NCBI GenBank assembly: GCA_032250835.1
Contig: JAVVEA010000002.1
Span: 32,001-96,000, forward strand
Source: a bacterium
GTDB taxonomy: Bacteria; SAR324; XYD2-FULL-50-16
Length of the DNA: 64,000 bases
Direction: 5' to 3'
The notes beneath the pieces were generated by a model that ran no database searches, was not told the origin of the DNA, and worked only from the letters and a program-made list of their open reading frames with translations. Position numbers and translations under genes: made by a program. Every line of letters begins with the position of its first letter. The first letter of the stretch is position 1. Shown in pieces: positions 20,183-29,945 of the stretch.

Positions 20183-21354
20183 AAATCACCCCGGTAGATC
20201 GCTTCTACCTGATCGATCACTCGCTCCCAATTTAAATCCCCTTCAGCCAGTTTTCGGGCCGCCTCGCCTAAGTTAGCCGACATTTGGGGTTCACTAAATA
20301 TCCTCAACATATTTTTGCCCAAGGCAGCAGCATCGCTGGGCGGTGAGACCAGGCCTGCTTGATACTGCTCAAGATAGCGCTTCACCTCGCCGACCGCGTT
20401 CGAAAGTATCGGACGGGCCGCGCAAAGGTAATCTCCAAAACGCATCGGGAAGCGGGCCCATTCTATGGGGTTGTCTTCCATGGGTAGAATCAACCCGTCT
20501 GCCACAGCCAGCCATTGAGGCACCTGAGCAAAGGGGCGCTTGCCTAGACGCTCGACCCGGTGGCTCACCCGGTCGTATTGGGCTTGATATTCAGGGGGGA
20601 CTGGAGCTTCGCCTAGCAGATACAGGTAGATTTCTGGGTCTTGTTGTAGAGCCTGCTCAAATGCTTGCAGCATCAACACCAAGCTTTCGGTATAGGTGTT
20701 GGCCATCGACAGAAGAATCTTACGTTCCTGGGGCACCTTTAATTGCCCGCGCGCTTCTGAGCGATCCAGGGGCAAAATCTCTTGTGCATTGGCTCCGTTT
20801 GGGATCTGACTTCTCGCAATCTCCGAAATGGCCGGGTATTTCTGAGCCGCTTGATCTATCTCCTGAGCAATCTTCTCAGAAACGTAGGTGATATGGTCGG
20901 CGTATTGCAAAAAATAACGCTCGTGCCACCCCAAAACCTTGGCAATCAACCCGCTGTGCTCTTCGGCGAACCCTCCGCCCCAAAGGTCATCCCAGTCAAT
21001 AATCAAGCGCTTGTGCCGGACCATCTTGGCCACCCAAGCCGGGACCGCTATCTGCGTTTGGGCAACCGTAAAAGCATGACACACGTCGTAGCGGCCCAGT
21101 AGGACTTGAGCCAAGGCAGGGAAGGTGCGGAACAATTGACCACTAAAAAACTGGTGGTATTTGATGCGGGGCAGGGTCACCAAGGTCAACCCCGGCTCTA
21201 CACTCCGCCACTTCATCAAAGGATCGAAGGTCGACCCTGAAGCGCACAGGAGCGTTACTTGATGCCCACGCCGCGCAAGATGCTTGGCGTGGAACAAACA
21301 GCGGTAGAAGGTGCCGAAGTTTTCCTGATTGTGGTTGAGAATCAGGATTCTCAA
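20179..21354 (-). CDS. Glycosyltransferase family 4
   Basis: 'DWDDLW', 'IPNG', 'RFPMRFGDYLCAARP', 'LNWERV'. Confidence 0.85.
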   Translation of the reverse strand: MRILILNHNQENFGTFYRCLFHAKHLARRGHQVTLLCASGSTFDPLMKWRSVEPGLTLVTLPRIKYHQFFSGQLFRTFPALAQVLLGRYDVCHAFTVAQTQIAVPAWVAKMVRHKRLIIDWDDLWGGGFAEEHSGLIAKVLGWHERYFLQYADHITYVSEKIAQEIDQAAQKYPAISEIARSQIPNGANAQEILPLDRSEARGQLKVPQERKILLSMANTYTESLVLMLQAFEQALQQDPEIYLYLLGEAPVPPEYQAQYDRVSHRVERLGKRPFAQVPQWLAVADGLILPMEDNPIEWARFPMRFGDYLCAARPILSNAVGEVKRYLEQYQAGLVSPPSDAAALGKNMLRIFSEPQMSANLGEAARKLAEGDLNWERVIDQVEAIYRGDL

Positions 21355-21355
21355 A

Positions 21356-22417
21356 TTATACCCGTTTGCTCATTTCTTCATGGATTTGGGACATAATGTC
21401 GCGCAAATCGTATTTGAAATCCCAACTGGGGTAATGTTCTTTGAATTTATTGACGTTGCTGATCCACCACATATGGTCACCAATGCGGTTGGTTTCCGAG
21501 TAGGTGTAGTTCATCTTCTTGCCGGTCATCTCTTCGCAGATAGCAATGGCCTCTTGCATGGAGCAATTGGAGTGGCGCGCTCCGCCCGCATTGTAGACCT
21601 CGCCAGGACGGGGGTTCTGGTAAAAGTGCCAGAACATGTTGACCAAATCCCAGGAGTGGATGTTGTCACGTACCTGTTTGCCCTTGTATCCAAAGACCGT
21701 ATAATGGTCCCCGGTGATGGCGCACTTCACCAGATAGCTCAGGAAGCCATGTAACTGGGTGCCGCTGTGCTTCGGACCGGTCAAGCAACCTCCACGGAAG
21801 ACGCCGGTCTTCATTCCAAAGTAGCGGCCATACTCTTGTACCACCACGTCTGCGGCCACTTTGCTGGCCCCAAAAAGGCTGTGTTTGGTGTGGTCGATGC
21901 TCATGTATTCGTCAATGCCATGGGCGTAATAGGCGTGGTCCTCGGCGACTTCCCATCGGGTGTCCAACTCCACTAGCGGTAAAAAGTTGGGCGTATCGCC
22001 GTAGACCTTATTGGTAGAACAATGCACAAAAACCGCATCCGGTGCGTGGCGGCGGGTCATCTCCAATAAGACCAGCGTGCCATTGGCATTGACCGAAAAG
22101 TCCTTGAAGGGGTCGTTTGCCGCCCAGTCATGACTAGGCTGAGCTGCTGCGTGGATGATCAGCGCAATGTCTTTGCCGTACTCGGCAAACAGCCGGTCCA
22201 TCTGTTCTTCGCTACGGATGTCCTGGTTGTAGGATTTGAAGTTTTTGACTTGCTCCTCAAGCCGTTGACTGTTCCAACGGGTAGAGGCGTCCTCGCCAAA
22301 AAATTCGCGGCGCATATCGTTGTCAACGCCCACCACAAGGTCAAATTTATCGGCCAAAAACTCTACTGCTTGCGAGCCGATCAGCCCCCCTGAACCCGTT
22401 ACTATTGCTACCGTCAT
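21356..22417 (-). CDS. Extended SDR, CDP-paratose 2-epimerase (RfbE)-like NDP-sugar enzyme; FxxxK in place of YxxxK
   Basis: 'VTGSGGLIG', 'AAQPSHD', 'STNKVYGD', 'SLFGASK', 'GKQVRDNIH'. Confidence 0.85.
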   Translation of the reverse strand: MTVAIVTGSGGLIGSQAVEFLADKFDLVVGVDNDMRREFFGEDASTRWNSQRLEEQVKNFKSYNQDIRSEEQMDRLFAEYGKDIALIIHAAAQPSHDWAANDPFKDFSVNANGTLVLLEMTRRHAPDAVFVHCSTNKVYGDTPNFLPLVELDTRWEVAEDHAYYAHGIDEYMSIDHTKHSLFGASKVAADVVVQEYGRYFGMKTGVFRGGCLTGPKHSGTQLHGFLSYLVKCAITGDHYTVFGYKGKQVRDNIHSWDLVNMFWHFYQNPRPGEVYNAGGARHSNCSMQEAIAICEEMTGKKMNYTYSETNRIGDHMWWISNVNKFKEHYPSWDFKYDLRDIMSQIHEEMSKRV

Positions 22418-23475
22418 CGCAACACTCCTTCCAAGATTGTTTCTTGTTCTTTAATCCAATGGGTGATCTCTTCAATAATCTGCTTGGGCCCAATTTCAGG
22501 CTTCCAGCCGGTCGCTTCGGTTACCTTGCGGTTATCCGTTAGGTACAAAGGCATGTCCGCAGCTCGATTTTCCGGTACCGCTTCTATGGCGATTTTATGG
22601 CCCGTAGCCTCTTGGCAAAGGCTGGTCAACTCGGCCAAGGAGACACTCACCTCGCGGCCGCCGCCCACATTAAACACCTGCCCATTAAAGCGGTCAAAGC
22701 CAGCCAGTTGAAGCTCAACCAAACGAAACAAATCTCGAACATGCAAGAGGTCTCGAACCTGTTTGCCCGTGCCACCATATCCGATGTAGCTTAGCTTCCC
22801 CTGCCAATGATGTTTGGCCGCCCACAGGACCACAACTCCTTGGTCAACCTTGCCAAACTGCCAAGGGCCGCACAACACACCACAGCGGTTGATGATCGCC
22901 TTAAGACCGTAGGCTTCGATGTATTCGTGGATAAGCAACTCAGAGGCGAGTTTGGTGGTCCCGTACAGAGATCGGGCACCTTCTAAGGGGAATTCTTCGG
23001 CAACCCCAGCAACACTGATGCCGGGCATGTTCTGCTGTTCGGCTAGCTCAAAGCGGCTGTCGGACTCAATCAGGGCCAACTGATTCATGGCAGCCATCGG
23101 GTAGACACGGCTGGTGGAGAGAAAAATAAACTTTGCTCCCTTCTTGCGGGCCAACTCCAAGCAATTGATGGTCCCCACCAAATTGGTGTTGATCACGTAG
23201 GCAGGGGAGCCGTCCCGACCGGCTAAAACCGAAGGCTCAGCAGAACATTCCAAAATACAATCAATTGGACCTAGGCTATCTAAGTCTTCTGGATTGCGGA
23301 TGTCTCCGTGGCGAAATTCAATTCCTGCTGCTTTGAGGCGCGAAATATTTAGCTCACTTCCGCGGCGCTTGAGGTTGTCTAAGGCAATGATCTCATGTGA
23401 AGGATCCCCTTCTTTTAGCAACAAGGCCAAAGATGAGCCGACGAAGCCACAACCCCCAGTAATTAAAAATCTCAT
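22414..23475 (-). CDS. Extended SDR, CDP-paratose 2-epimerase (RfbE)-like NDP-sugar enzyme
   Basis: 'ITGGCGFVG', 'DNLKRRGS', 'STSRVY', 'YGTTK', 'QFGKVDQG', 'GKQVRD'. Confidence 0.85.
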   Translation of the reverse strand: MRFLITGGCGFVGSSLALLLKEGDPSHEIIALDNLKRRGSELNISRLKAAGIEFRHGDIRNPEDLDSLGPIDCILECSAEPSVLAGRDGSPAYVINTNLVGTINCLELARKKGAKFIFLSTSRVYPMAAMNQLALIESDSRFELAEQQNMPGISVAGVAEEFPLEGARSLYGTTKLASELLIHEYIEAYGLKAIINRCGVLCGPWQFGKVDQGVVVLWAAKHHWQGKLSYIGYGGTGKQVRDLLHVRDLFRLVELQLAGFDRFNGQVFNVGGGREVSVSLAELTSLCQEATGHKIAIEAVPENRAADMPLYLTDNRKVTEATGWKPEIGPKQIIEEITHWIKEQETILEGVLR

Positions 23476-23602
23476 AGCCTACTGCTCCGGCGCCCAGAAC
23501 TTTCCTGTTCGGTACTAAAAATCGTTGAATAGCCTTAAATTAGGGGGCCCATGGTCTTTTGTAAAGTCATTTCTGACCAAGCAGCAAGCCGTTATCCCAC
23601 TC

Positions 23603-26600
23603 CTATGGACGGAACATCAAAAACCCTAAATTATCACTTCCGCTGCTCTGTTTACCAACTCCCAAACGGCCAATTTGGAACCAAGGTTTGACTTCAACCC
23701 ATTGGTTGTTGAAAGACATTTTTTCAGGAGCAAATTCACTAAAATAGGGGAGCAAGGCACCTCCTGCAATAAGCGCATCCTCCTTGCCCAAGGTTTGTTC
23801 TAGGGCTTTAAAAAAGGCTACTGGGTTTTCAAACTTCTGACCGATTAGCGGCGTTATCTTCTCGGCATACAAAGCTCCCAGTGCGCTTTTTTCTAATAAT
23901 TCAAAACGCTGGGAGTCAAGGCGGATGTTTGTCCAGGCCAGGCTATTGGGCCACCAATAATAACCTGACATTTGGTAGCTTGCTAACTCCCCTTTTGCGC
24001 TCCACTGGGCCAGCCAGTCCCGTTGTTCTTGGTTGAGACTAGCACCCGCAATGTACGTTAGGGTTTGGGTTAATTCTTCTAGGTTGTAAAAGGGCCAATT
24101 TAGTCGGCTATTTATCCGAGGCCAATAGTAGCTAAAGCTAACCTCGTCCTGATACAAGCGCCGAAAAAGCTCAAGGGTTTCGCTACTCATTTTGAATCGG
24201 CCCGCATTTCGATCCAGTTGGATGGCCACTTCTAAATCAGGAACCTCAGCGAACTGCTGGGTTAATTCTTCTGCTGAAATAGGAATCAGCTTGAAGTTGC
24301 TTGATAAACCTAGCGGTTCTATAACCCCTACGTGGATCCTTTCTTTTAAGAAATACAAAGGAGGCCTCAACGACTGAGCTAACAGGGCTAGTAATTCAGG
24401 CTTAAGCTTAAAACCCGTCTCTAGTTCCAATTTGGACTGTAATTCCCCCAAAGAGCTGACCGGTTCCTTGGTGTAGCGGTCTAGAGCGCGCCAAAGAACC
24501 ATGGCCTGACTAAACTGCGGTAAAACCAGAGGAGAAAAGCGTATACCGCTGATACAGCAGTTCGATTTAGTCCGCTGGTCAAACTGTTTTTTATAGTTAC
24601 ACCTGGAAACGGGTCCGTCTTCGTCGGCTACAATTGGTTCATAGACATAGCCCGAACAGTTTGGGTCTGCCATACAACGCTGCTGACAAAGCTTGTGCTG
24701 GTTTATGGGCAAAGTCTCGGACTTATATTGTTGGTCGGGGATATCCCAATCAGGAAACACGGCAAACATCTCGAACAGCTTCTTTGCCTCTAGGGTTTTG
24801 GTGAAAACCTGTTCGTCTTTATATTTTTGCCCCGAAAGCGATTCCAAACTGGACAGCATAGCCTTAAGGTCTTGCCTTCGGGAGTTTTCGCTGCTCAACT
24901 CCAAATAGCCCGAGGGCAACGACTGACCTAGTCGTTCCAGCGACTTCCGATTGATTTCGAATCCGGGTAAAATGACCTTTATATCCGCTAGCAGTAGTTT
25001 CTGCTTATCTACTACCCAGGAACCTTGCTTTCGAAGGCGGCTATATGGATGGCTAGGGCTATACCGCTGCCAACTGACCAACTCCCCTTTTTGAAGCCCC
25101 ACCACATCAAGTGTGTATTGGCTATTTGCTTGCTTTTCAACATAGCGAGTGCTTAAGCCCAAAGGGCTCGACAACAGCAGCTCTCCACTATTTTCTTGGA
25201 GTAAAGTAGGCATGTCGTATGAGTTGATCAACTGGACTCGGTCTGCGCCAATTGCTTGTAAAACCAATTCCCCAAAGGGGTCTGAATCCAGCATCCAAAT
25301 GGTCTTTTTGCTTTGCTGTTCCGACTCCAGCCGGCTCAGAATCTGCTCAGAAAAAGTTGACCAGGGCCCCATCAGTTTAGCCAACGACTCTCGATTGGTT
25401 ACCGGAGACAAACCTGGCCGGTTATTGATCTGTTCCAATCCTTGCTTTTCGCGACTGGCTTCAAATAGCAGGCGATTGGTCATGTCCACACGCCGAAAGG
25501 AGGTGCAGCAACTGTTTGGTTTGATTTCGTTAACTTTTAGTTTCAAGTTGCAGCGAGAATGCCCATCTTTGTAGGTATTTTCTAGCGTTGCCCCCTGGCA
25601 ATTTTCACGGTCCCAACAAAGTTGCTGGCAAGCTTGCAAATCGCCTAACCCGACGACGATGCGTTCTAAGTCGCCACCAGGAATATCATAGCCCGGGTGA
25701 ACCGCTAGTGAAGTCCAAGGTTGTCGCCAGCGACCCGAGGGCTCAAGCGCATCTATAGCCGCTTCAAAGGTGGGGCGATCTTCGAAAGGACGTCCCACCA
25801 GGGGCTTGATTGCCTGCACAACCTTGTCCATCTGCGGGCCAGACAACGCTTCCAAGGTTTTCTCAGTGATTTGGTAACCCATCGGCGCCTCCTCACCAAC
25901 TGCAGGAATCAAAAGACGGCCTTGCGCCAAAAGGGGTGGCTGATCTAGACCTTCGCCCAAAACCACAAGTTGCCCGTACCAGCCCGATGCCAAGGGATAA
26001 GCACTATAAAAGATCGCCACCAATATCCAACTATACACGATGACCTGCGTTAGCCTGCTCCGTTTTGCATCGATGTGTTTGACGATCAAAAACCAGCCGC
26101 TTAAGGCTACCAGGAAAAAGAAAGGGACCAGAGAAAAGAGCAGATCAAAACTCGCCGGCCCAAAGAGCCAAAATGCGAGCAGGGTAACAACGATAGCCAC
26201 TAGGCCACCCGAATATAGCTGCCAAGCATGGTCTTCGCCTTGAACAACGCGCCCTCGCATCACTACCCAGGGCACCAAGAGTACAGGAACCAGCCACAAT
26301 GCATAGCTTAAGGGGAAGGCCTCCGAAATATCGATGATCGATTGGCTTTGGAAAAAAGACTGAGAAAAAAGACTCCCGATAGGGTATGCGGCCGCAGACA
26401 TCACGCCTAAAGTAGCCAACAAAAAGAAGCTCAAGTAGACACCAACGGCTTCTCTGCGCTTGGGGTGCCCAAAAAACAGAGCCTGCATGAAGACTAATAA
26501 CCCAAGGGCCAATGGAAAACTAAAGGATTCGGACCAAAAGTAGAGCGCCGAAAGATGGGCCGAAACCACCAACCATAAAAAAAGGTACTTGCGGCTCAAA

Positions 26601-27106
26601 AAGGCAATCCAAAGAGTTAGCAGGGCGGACATCGCCAGCAAGCTCCCCAGGATATTTATATGAAAAAATGAAATCGAAACTTCGACCCAGGGAATCCACC
26701 AATAGACCGGCAAGAAAACAGCAGCAGGCCAAACTTTCTTGGTGGCCAACACCAGCAGACTCGCCCCCAATAAGCCGGTTCCCAAAATTGCCGCTAAAAT
26801 AGAAATCAAAAAAAGTTTAGTCCCCGACAATTTGGTCAATTTGGCTGTCTGGTCGACGGCTAAGAGGAAGGCAGTATAACTTGGAGCGAAGTAAGTCTGG
26901 TTGTCACCCAAAGACGGCACTTTGAAACTAACGGTCCAGTCATGATACACTGCGCTTAGATGAGGCCGCGCGTTTTCACTAAATTGCGAAATAATGAGTT
27001 GGTTGTCTTTATACCGCTCATAATTTAGGAGCCCAAACCAAAGGGAGACACAAACAAACAGTAGGGCGGTCTTGAGAAAAAATTTGTAGCGCAATAAGTT
27101 TAACAT
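23603..27106 (-). CDS. Large membrane protein: N-terminal polytopic (GT-C-like) domain, two PAN/apple-like domains, helical repeats
   Basis: About 370-aa hydrophobic N-terminus; two Cys-rich modules of form CxxxC-x5-C...C..K...CC. Confidence 0.7.
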   Translation of the reverse strand: MLNLLRYKFFLKTALLFVCVSLWFGLLNYERYKDNQLIISQFSENARPHLSAVYHDWTVSFKVPSLGDNQTYFAPSYTAFLLAVDQTAKLTKLSGTKLFLISILAAILGTGLLGASLLVLATKKVWPAAVFLPVYWWIPWVEVSISFFHINILGSLLAMSALLTLWIAFLSRKYLFLWLVVSAHLSALYFWSESFSFPLALGLLVFMQALFFGHPKRREAVGVYLSFFLLATLGVMSAAAYPIGSLFSQSFFQSQSIIDISEAFPLSYALWLVPVLLVPWVVMRGRVVQGEDHAWQLYSGGLVAIVVTLLAFWLFGPASFDLLFSLVPFFFLVALSGWFLIVKHIDAKRSRLTQVIVYSWILVAIFYSAYPLASGWYGQLVVLGEGLDQPPLLAQGRLLIPAVGEEAPMGYQITEKTLEALSGPQMDKVVQAIKPLVGRPFEDRPTFEAAIDALEPSGRWRQPWTSLAVHPGYDIPGGDLERIVVGLGDLQACQQLCWDRENCQGATLENTYKDGHSRCNLKLKVNEIKPNSCCTSFRRVDMTNRLLFEASREKQGLEQINNRPGLSPVTNRESLAKLMGPWSTFSEQILSRLESEQQSKKTIWMLDSDPFGELVLQAIGADRVQLINSYDMPTLLQENSGELLLSSPLGLSTRYVEKQANSQYTLDVVGLQKGELVSWQRYSPSHPYSRLRKQGSWVVDKQKLLLADIKVILPGFEINRKSLERLGQSLPSGYLELSSENSRRQDLKAMLSSLESLSGQKYKDEQVFTKTLEAKKLFEMFAVFPDWDIPDQQYKSETLPINQHKLCQQRCMADPNCSGYVYEPIVADEDGPVSRCNYKKQFDQRTKSNCCISGIRFSPLVLPQFSQAMVLWRALDRYTKEPVSSLGELQSKLELETGFKLKPELLALLAQSLRPPLYFLKERIHVGVIEPLGLSSNFKLIPISAEELTQQFAEVPDLEVAIQLDRNAGRFKMSSETLELFRRLYQDEVSFSYYWPRINSRLNWPFYNLEELTQTLTYIAGASLNQEQRDWLAQWSAKGELASYQMSGYYWWPNSLAWTNIRLDSQRFELLEKSALGALYAEKITPLIGQKFENPVAFFKALEQTLGKEDALIAGGALLPYFSEFAPEKMSFNNQWVEVKPWFQIGRLGVGKQSSGSDNLGFLMFRP

Positions 27107-27684
27107 TCTTCCCCCCTAACTCCATTGAATTTCTTTGGGCCCAACAGCACCCACAGGACGGCAACCCAAAAAATGTACAACGCTTCTTTTAGGAGAAAAT
27201 CCCTCATACCGGCGAGATCACAAGACTCAGCGAGCAATGCCGACAGCAGTACAGCGATGCACAACACGCCCAGCTTTTGGTCATAGCCTAAGAAATATTT
27301 CTTACTCAAAACGAAAGCGGCAAAGATCGGGCCTGATAATAAGAGGAATTCGACGAGTCCATTTCCGGTAATCAAACTCCGACTAAACAGGAACAACAAA
27401 AAAAGCTCCCCAAGTCCGAGTCCCCACATCCAACCATAGGTTTTAAATAAGGTCCGAGGGATTTGCTCTTTCTTGAAAAAGATTAGTGCGATAAGTATGA
27501 ACCCCGTTCCAAAAAGCGCTAACCATTCCGCTTGGTAACTATTGCGAGAGGCTGCGTACAGCCAAAAGAGCCCGGCAAAAAGCCAACTGGGTCCGGCCAA
27601 CCCCAGGCGGCTGCTCTGCCCAGCAACACCCGGCGCTTCAGGCCGCAATTGGGGGGGCGGAGAATTCAACTCATGCTTTGTCAT
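27100..27684 (-). CDS. Hypothetical integral membrane protein
   Basis: 194 aa, mostly hydrophobic, overlaps both neighbours in an operon. Confidence 0.6.
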   Translation of the reverse strand: MTKHELNSPPPQLRPEAPGVAGQSSRLGLAGPSWLFAGLFWLYAASRNSYQAEWLALFGTGFILIALIFFKKEQIPRTLFKTYGWMWGLGLGELFLLFLFSRSLITGNGLVEFLLLSGPIFAAFVLSKKYFLGYDQKLGVLCIAVLLSALLAESCDLAGMRDFLLKEALYIFWVAVLWVLLGPKKFNGVRGEEC

Positions 27685-29923
27685 ACCTAACTCTTAGGAA
27701 AGACTCACTCAGTAACAAACCAATTCCGAATAGCCAAGGTATCTGGCCTAGGAGCACTACCCAAGGGAATCCATTTTTATATTCAAAACGCACCTGATGG
27801 CTTCCCGCTTTAAGGGGGAGGGCCTGGAAAGCGTAATTACCCCAATATAGGGTTGCTGGTTGTCCGTCCACATACACCTCCCAATCTTGATCGAAGTTCT
27901 CACTTCGTACTAGGTACCCGTCTACCTCTTGATCGACTTCTATGACTACTTGGCGAATCCCCGATAGTCCAGCGACCGGGGCTAGTGGCTCAAATCGAGT
28001 TCCGGGGCGAGAGGTCTTCGCTAGATCCGGTGGTATCTCATCGGGTTCGAAGAAAAAGACCTCGGTCGGATTTTCGGCCCGGTAGTAATCTAAAAGACTC
28101 TGAAGAGCGTTTGCTCGGCACTCCACTTGATTTAAACAGGTTTCGGGGACCACCCTGGCCCCATCGACCCAAAAAAAGATGGGGAAGTCATTGGCAAATA
28201 GCCGCTCGCGCGCCTTAAAACGCTCGGGCTGTTCCTGGTTCAGTCGTCTAAAGTCCGTGCGCGCTTCAAACACCAATTTCATTAACTGCTCAGTGCGCGG
28301 AGGGTAGTTGATGAAGTTGGGCTGGGCAGAGGTTACACAGGCCCTACGATGTTGCCATGGCCAACCAGGCTCATTTATCGGCGGAATAACACAGTCTCGT
28401 GTTTTTGGGTACCGGATTGGCGTAAGTTTTGGTGCCTGAAAATCCACTGCCAGTTTGTTTAAAGACGCTGTTTGGTGGATTGACTGGAGTGATAGCATCA
28501 AAATCAAAACTCCTGCCCAACGGAACCTCGGTGCCAGGAATGGCGTTAGTAGTCCGCTCCCGATCGCAGCCACCCCATACTGGAAATCGGCCCTAGACCA
28601 AAAGGGTAGTTCACTATTTGACCACAAGCAGCTTAAGAGCAGCAGGGCTCCTATTTCAATCCACAAAAACTGATGCCATCTGGTTTGCCTGCGCGCCCAG
28701 AGCGCAAAACCACTCCCAGCCAGCAAGACAACAAAAAGTGTAAAGAAATTCATCAAAAACAAATAGTGCCTCAACACGTTTAACAAAGGAATTCTGGACA
28801 AAACCTCAAACAAAGGGCCATTGCGGCCAATAAAAACCAGAAAAAAAAGCAGCGACATCAAGACTACGGCCTTGGTTTCCGCCCGACGCCAACCAGACAA
28901 CCCGACTAAACAAAAAAACAGGGAAAATCCCCCTAAATAATGCCATGCATGGAGCGGCGTATTAACCGAGCGATCCAACCAAATTGCGTTTAAATCGCTT
29001 GCCCGGCCATGGTGCCCCCTCACGCCTTCTGACAGCGAAAGGTCCGATTCCACGCTTTTCAGCCCCTGCTGGACTCCTCGATTATTCTGCTGTAACTTTT
29101 TGATTTGATGCAAATAAAACAAGTTTGGGCTCATCGCCAACAGCACCAAAAGAGCCGATAAGGCCAAAGCAATCTTAGAGCGCGAGATTCTAAACCAAAG
29201 GTTTGCAAGCTCCAATCCCCGCACCCCCGAAAGCATTCCGGCCAAGGCAAACCCGATGATTCCGATCAGAGGTCCGGTGGGAAAGTAGAAAAAGAGACTG
29301 TTGGCGGCAAATAAGGTACCTATAAGCAAGCTTTGGGGGCGTCCGGTCCTCAACCAACCTAGCAAGAACACCAGCGCCAGTGGGAAGGTTGCTACCTGGG
29401 CGGCAAAGGCTTGGATCATCGAATGGGGCAATAGATCCGAAAAAAGAGCCAATGCCAAAACGAACAGTGCGCCCCGCCCGCTCTTAAACAGAGTCCAAGA
29501 TAAAAACGCCAACCCTACAGATAAGGCCAATACTTGGTTTAAAACCATCAGATTGGCGATTTGCCCTGCCCCAACCTGATAGCCGCATACCCAGTGCATC
29601 AATGCCCAAAAGGGCACGTCTGAAAAAAGCCCAAAGGTGATTGGCCTGCCCAATCCGTTATACGGATTCCAGCCACTTAAAGACGCCCATGCCCCCAAAA
29701 GCCCCTGGTTGCCCACCAGAAACTGTACGTCCTCAAACAACAAAGCATAGCTAGACACATCATGGGTCAAACTGGCCGTTCCCAATACAAAAGAGAGCCG
29801 TAAAACCCCAAAAAAGGCTATCAATCCACTGATCCGCCTGGAGAGCCAACGATGATTTAAAAATCGAAAACTAAACCAAGCCCAAAACCCCAGCGTAGCA
29901 ATCCAAATCCCAGCAGCAATCAT
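27671..29923 (-). CDS. YfhO-family (GT-C) membrane protein
   Basis: 'WNPYNGLGRP', many TMs, C-terminal 'SENFDQDWEVYVDGQ...NYAFQALPLKAGSHQVRFEY' YfhO signature. Confidence 0.82.
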   Translation of the reverse strand: MIAAGIWIATLGFWAWFSFRFLNHRWLSRRISGLIAFFGVLRLSFVLGTASLTHDVSSYALLFEDVQFLVGNQGLLGAWASLSGWNPYNGLGRPITFGLFSDVPFWALMHWVCGYQVGAGQIANLMVLNQVLALSVGLAFLSWTLFKSGRGALFVLALALFSDLLPHSMIQAFAAQVATFPLALVFLLGWLRTGRPQSLLIGTLFAANSLFFYFPTGPLIGIIGFALAGMLSGVRGLELANLWFRISRSKIALALSALLVLLAMSPNLFYLHQIKKLQQNNRGVQQGLKSVESDLSLSEGVRGHHGRASDLNAIWLDRSVNTPLHAWHYLGGFSLFFCLVGLSGWRRAETKAVVLMSLLFFLVFIGRNGPLFEVLSRIPLLNVLRHYLFLMNFFTLFVVLLAGSGFALWARRQTRWHQFLWIEIGALLLLSCLWSNSELPFWSRADFQYGVAAIGSGLLTPFLAPRFRWAGVLILMLSLQSIHQTASLNKLAVDFQAPKLTPIRYPKTRDCVIPPINEPGWPWQHRRACVTSAQPNFINYPPRTEQLMKLVFEARTDFRRLNQEQPERFKARERLFANDFPIFFWVDGARVVPETCLNQVECRANALQSLLDYYRAENPTEVFFFEPDEIPPDLAKTSRPGTRFEPLAPVAGLSGIRQVVIEVDQEVDGYLVRSENFDQDWEVYVDGQPATLYWGNYAFQALPLKAGSHQVRFEYKNGFPWVVLLGQIPWLFGIGLLLSESFLRVRYDKA

Positions 29924-29945
29924 TGTCCGGCCTCGGTTCTATCCA

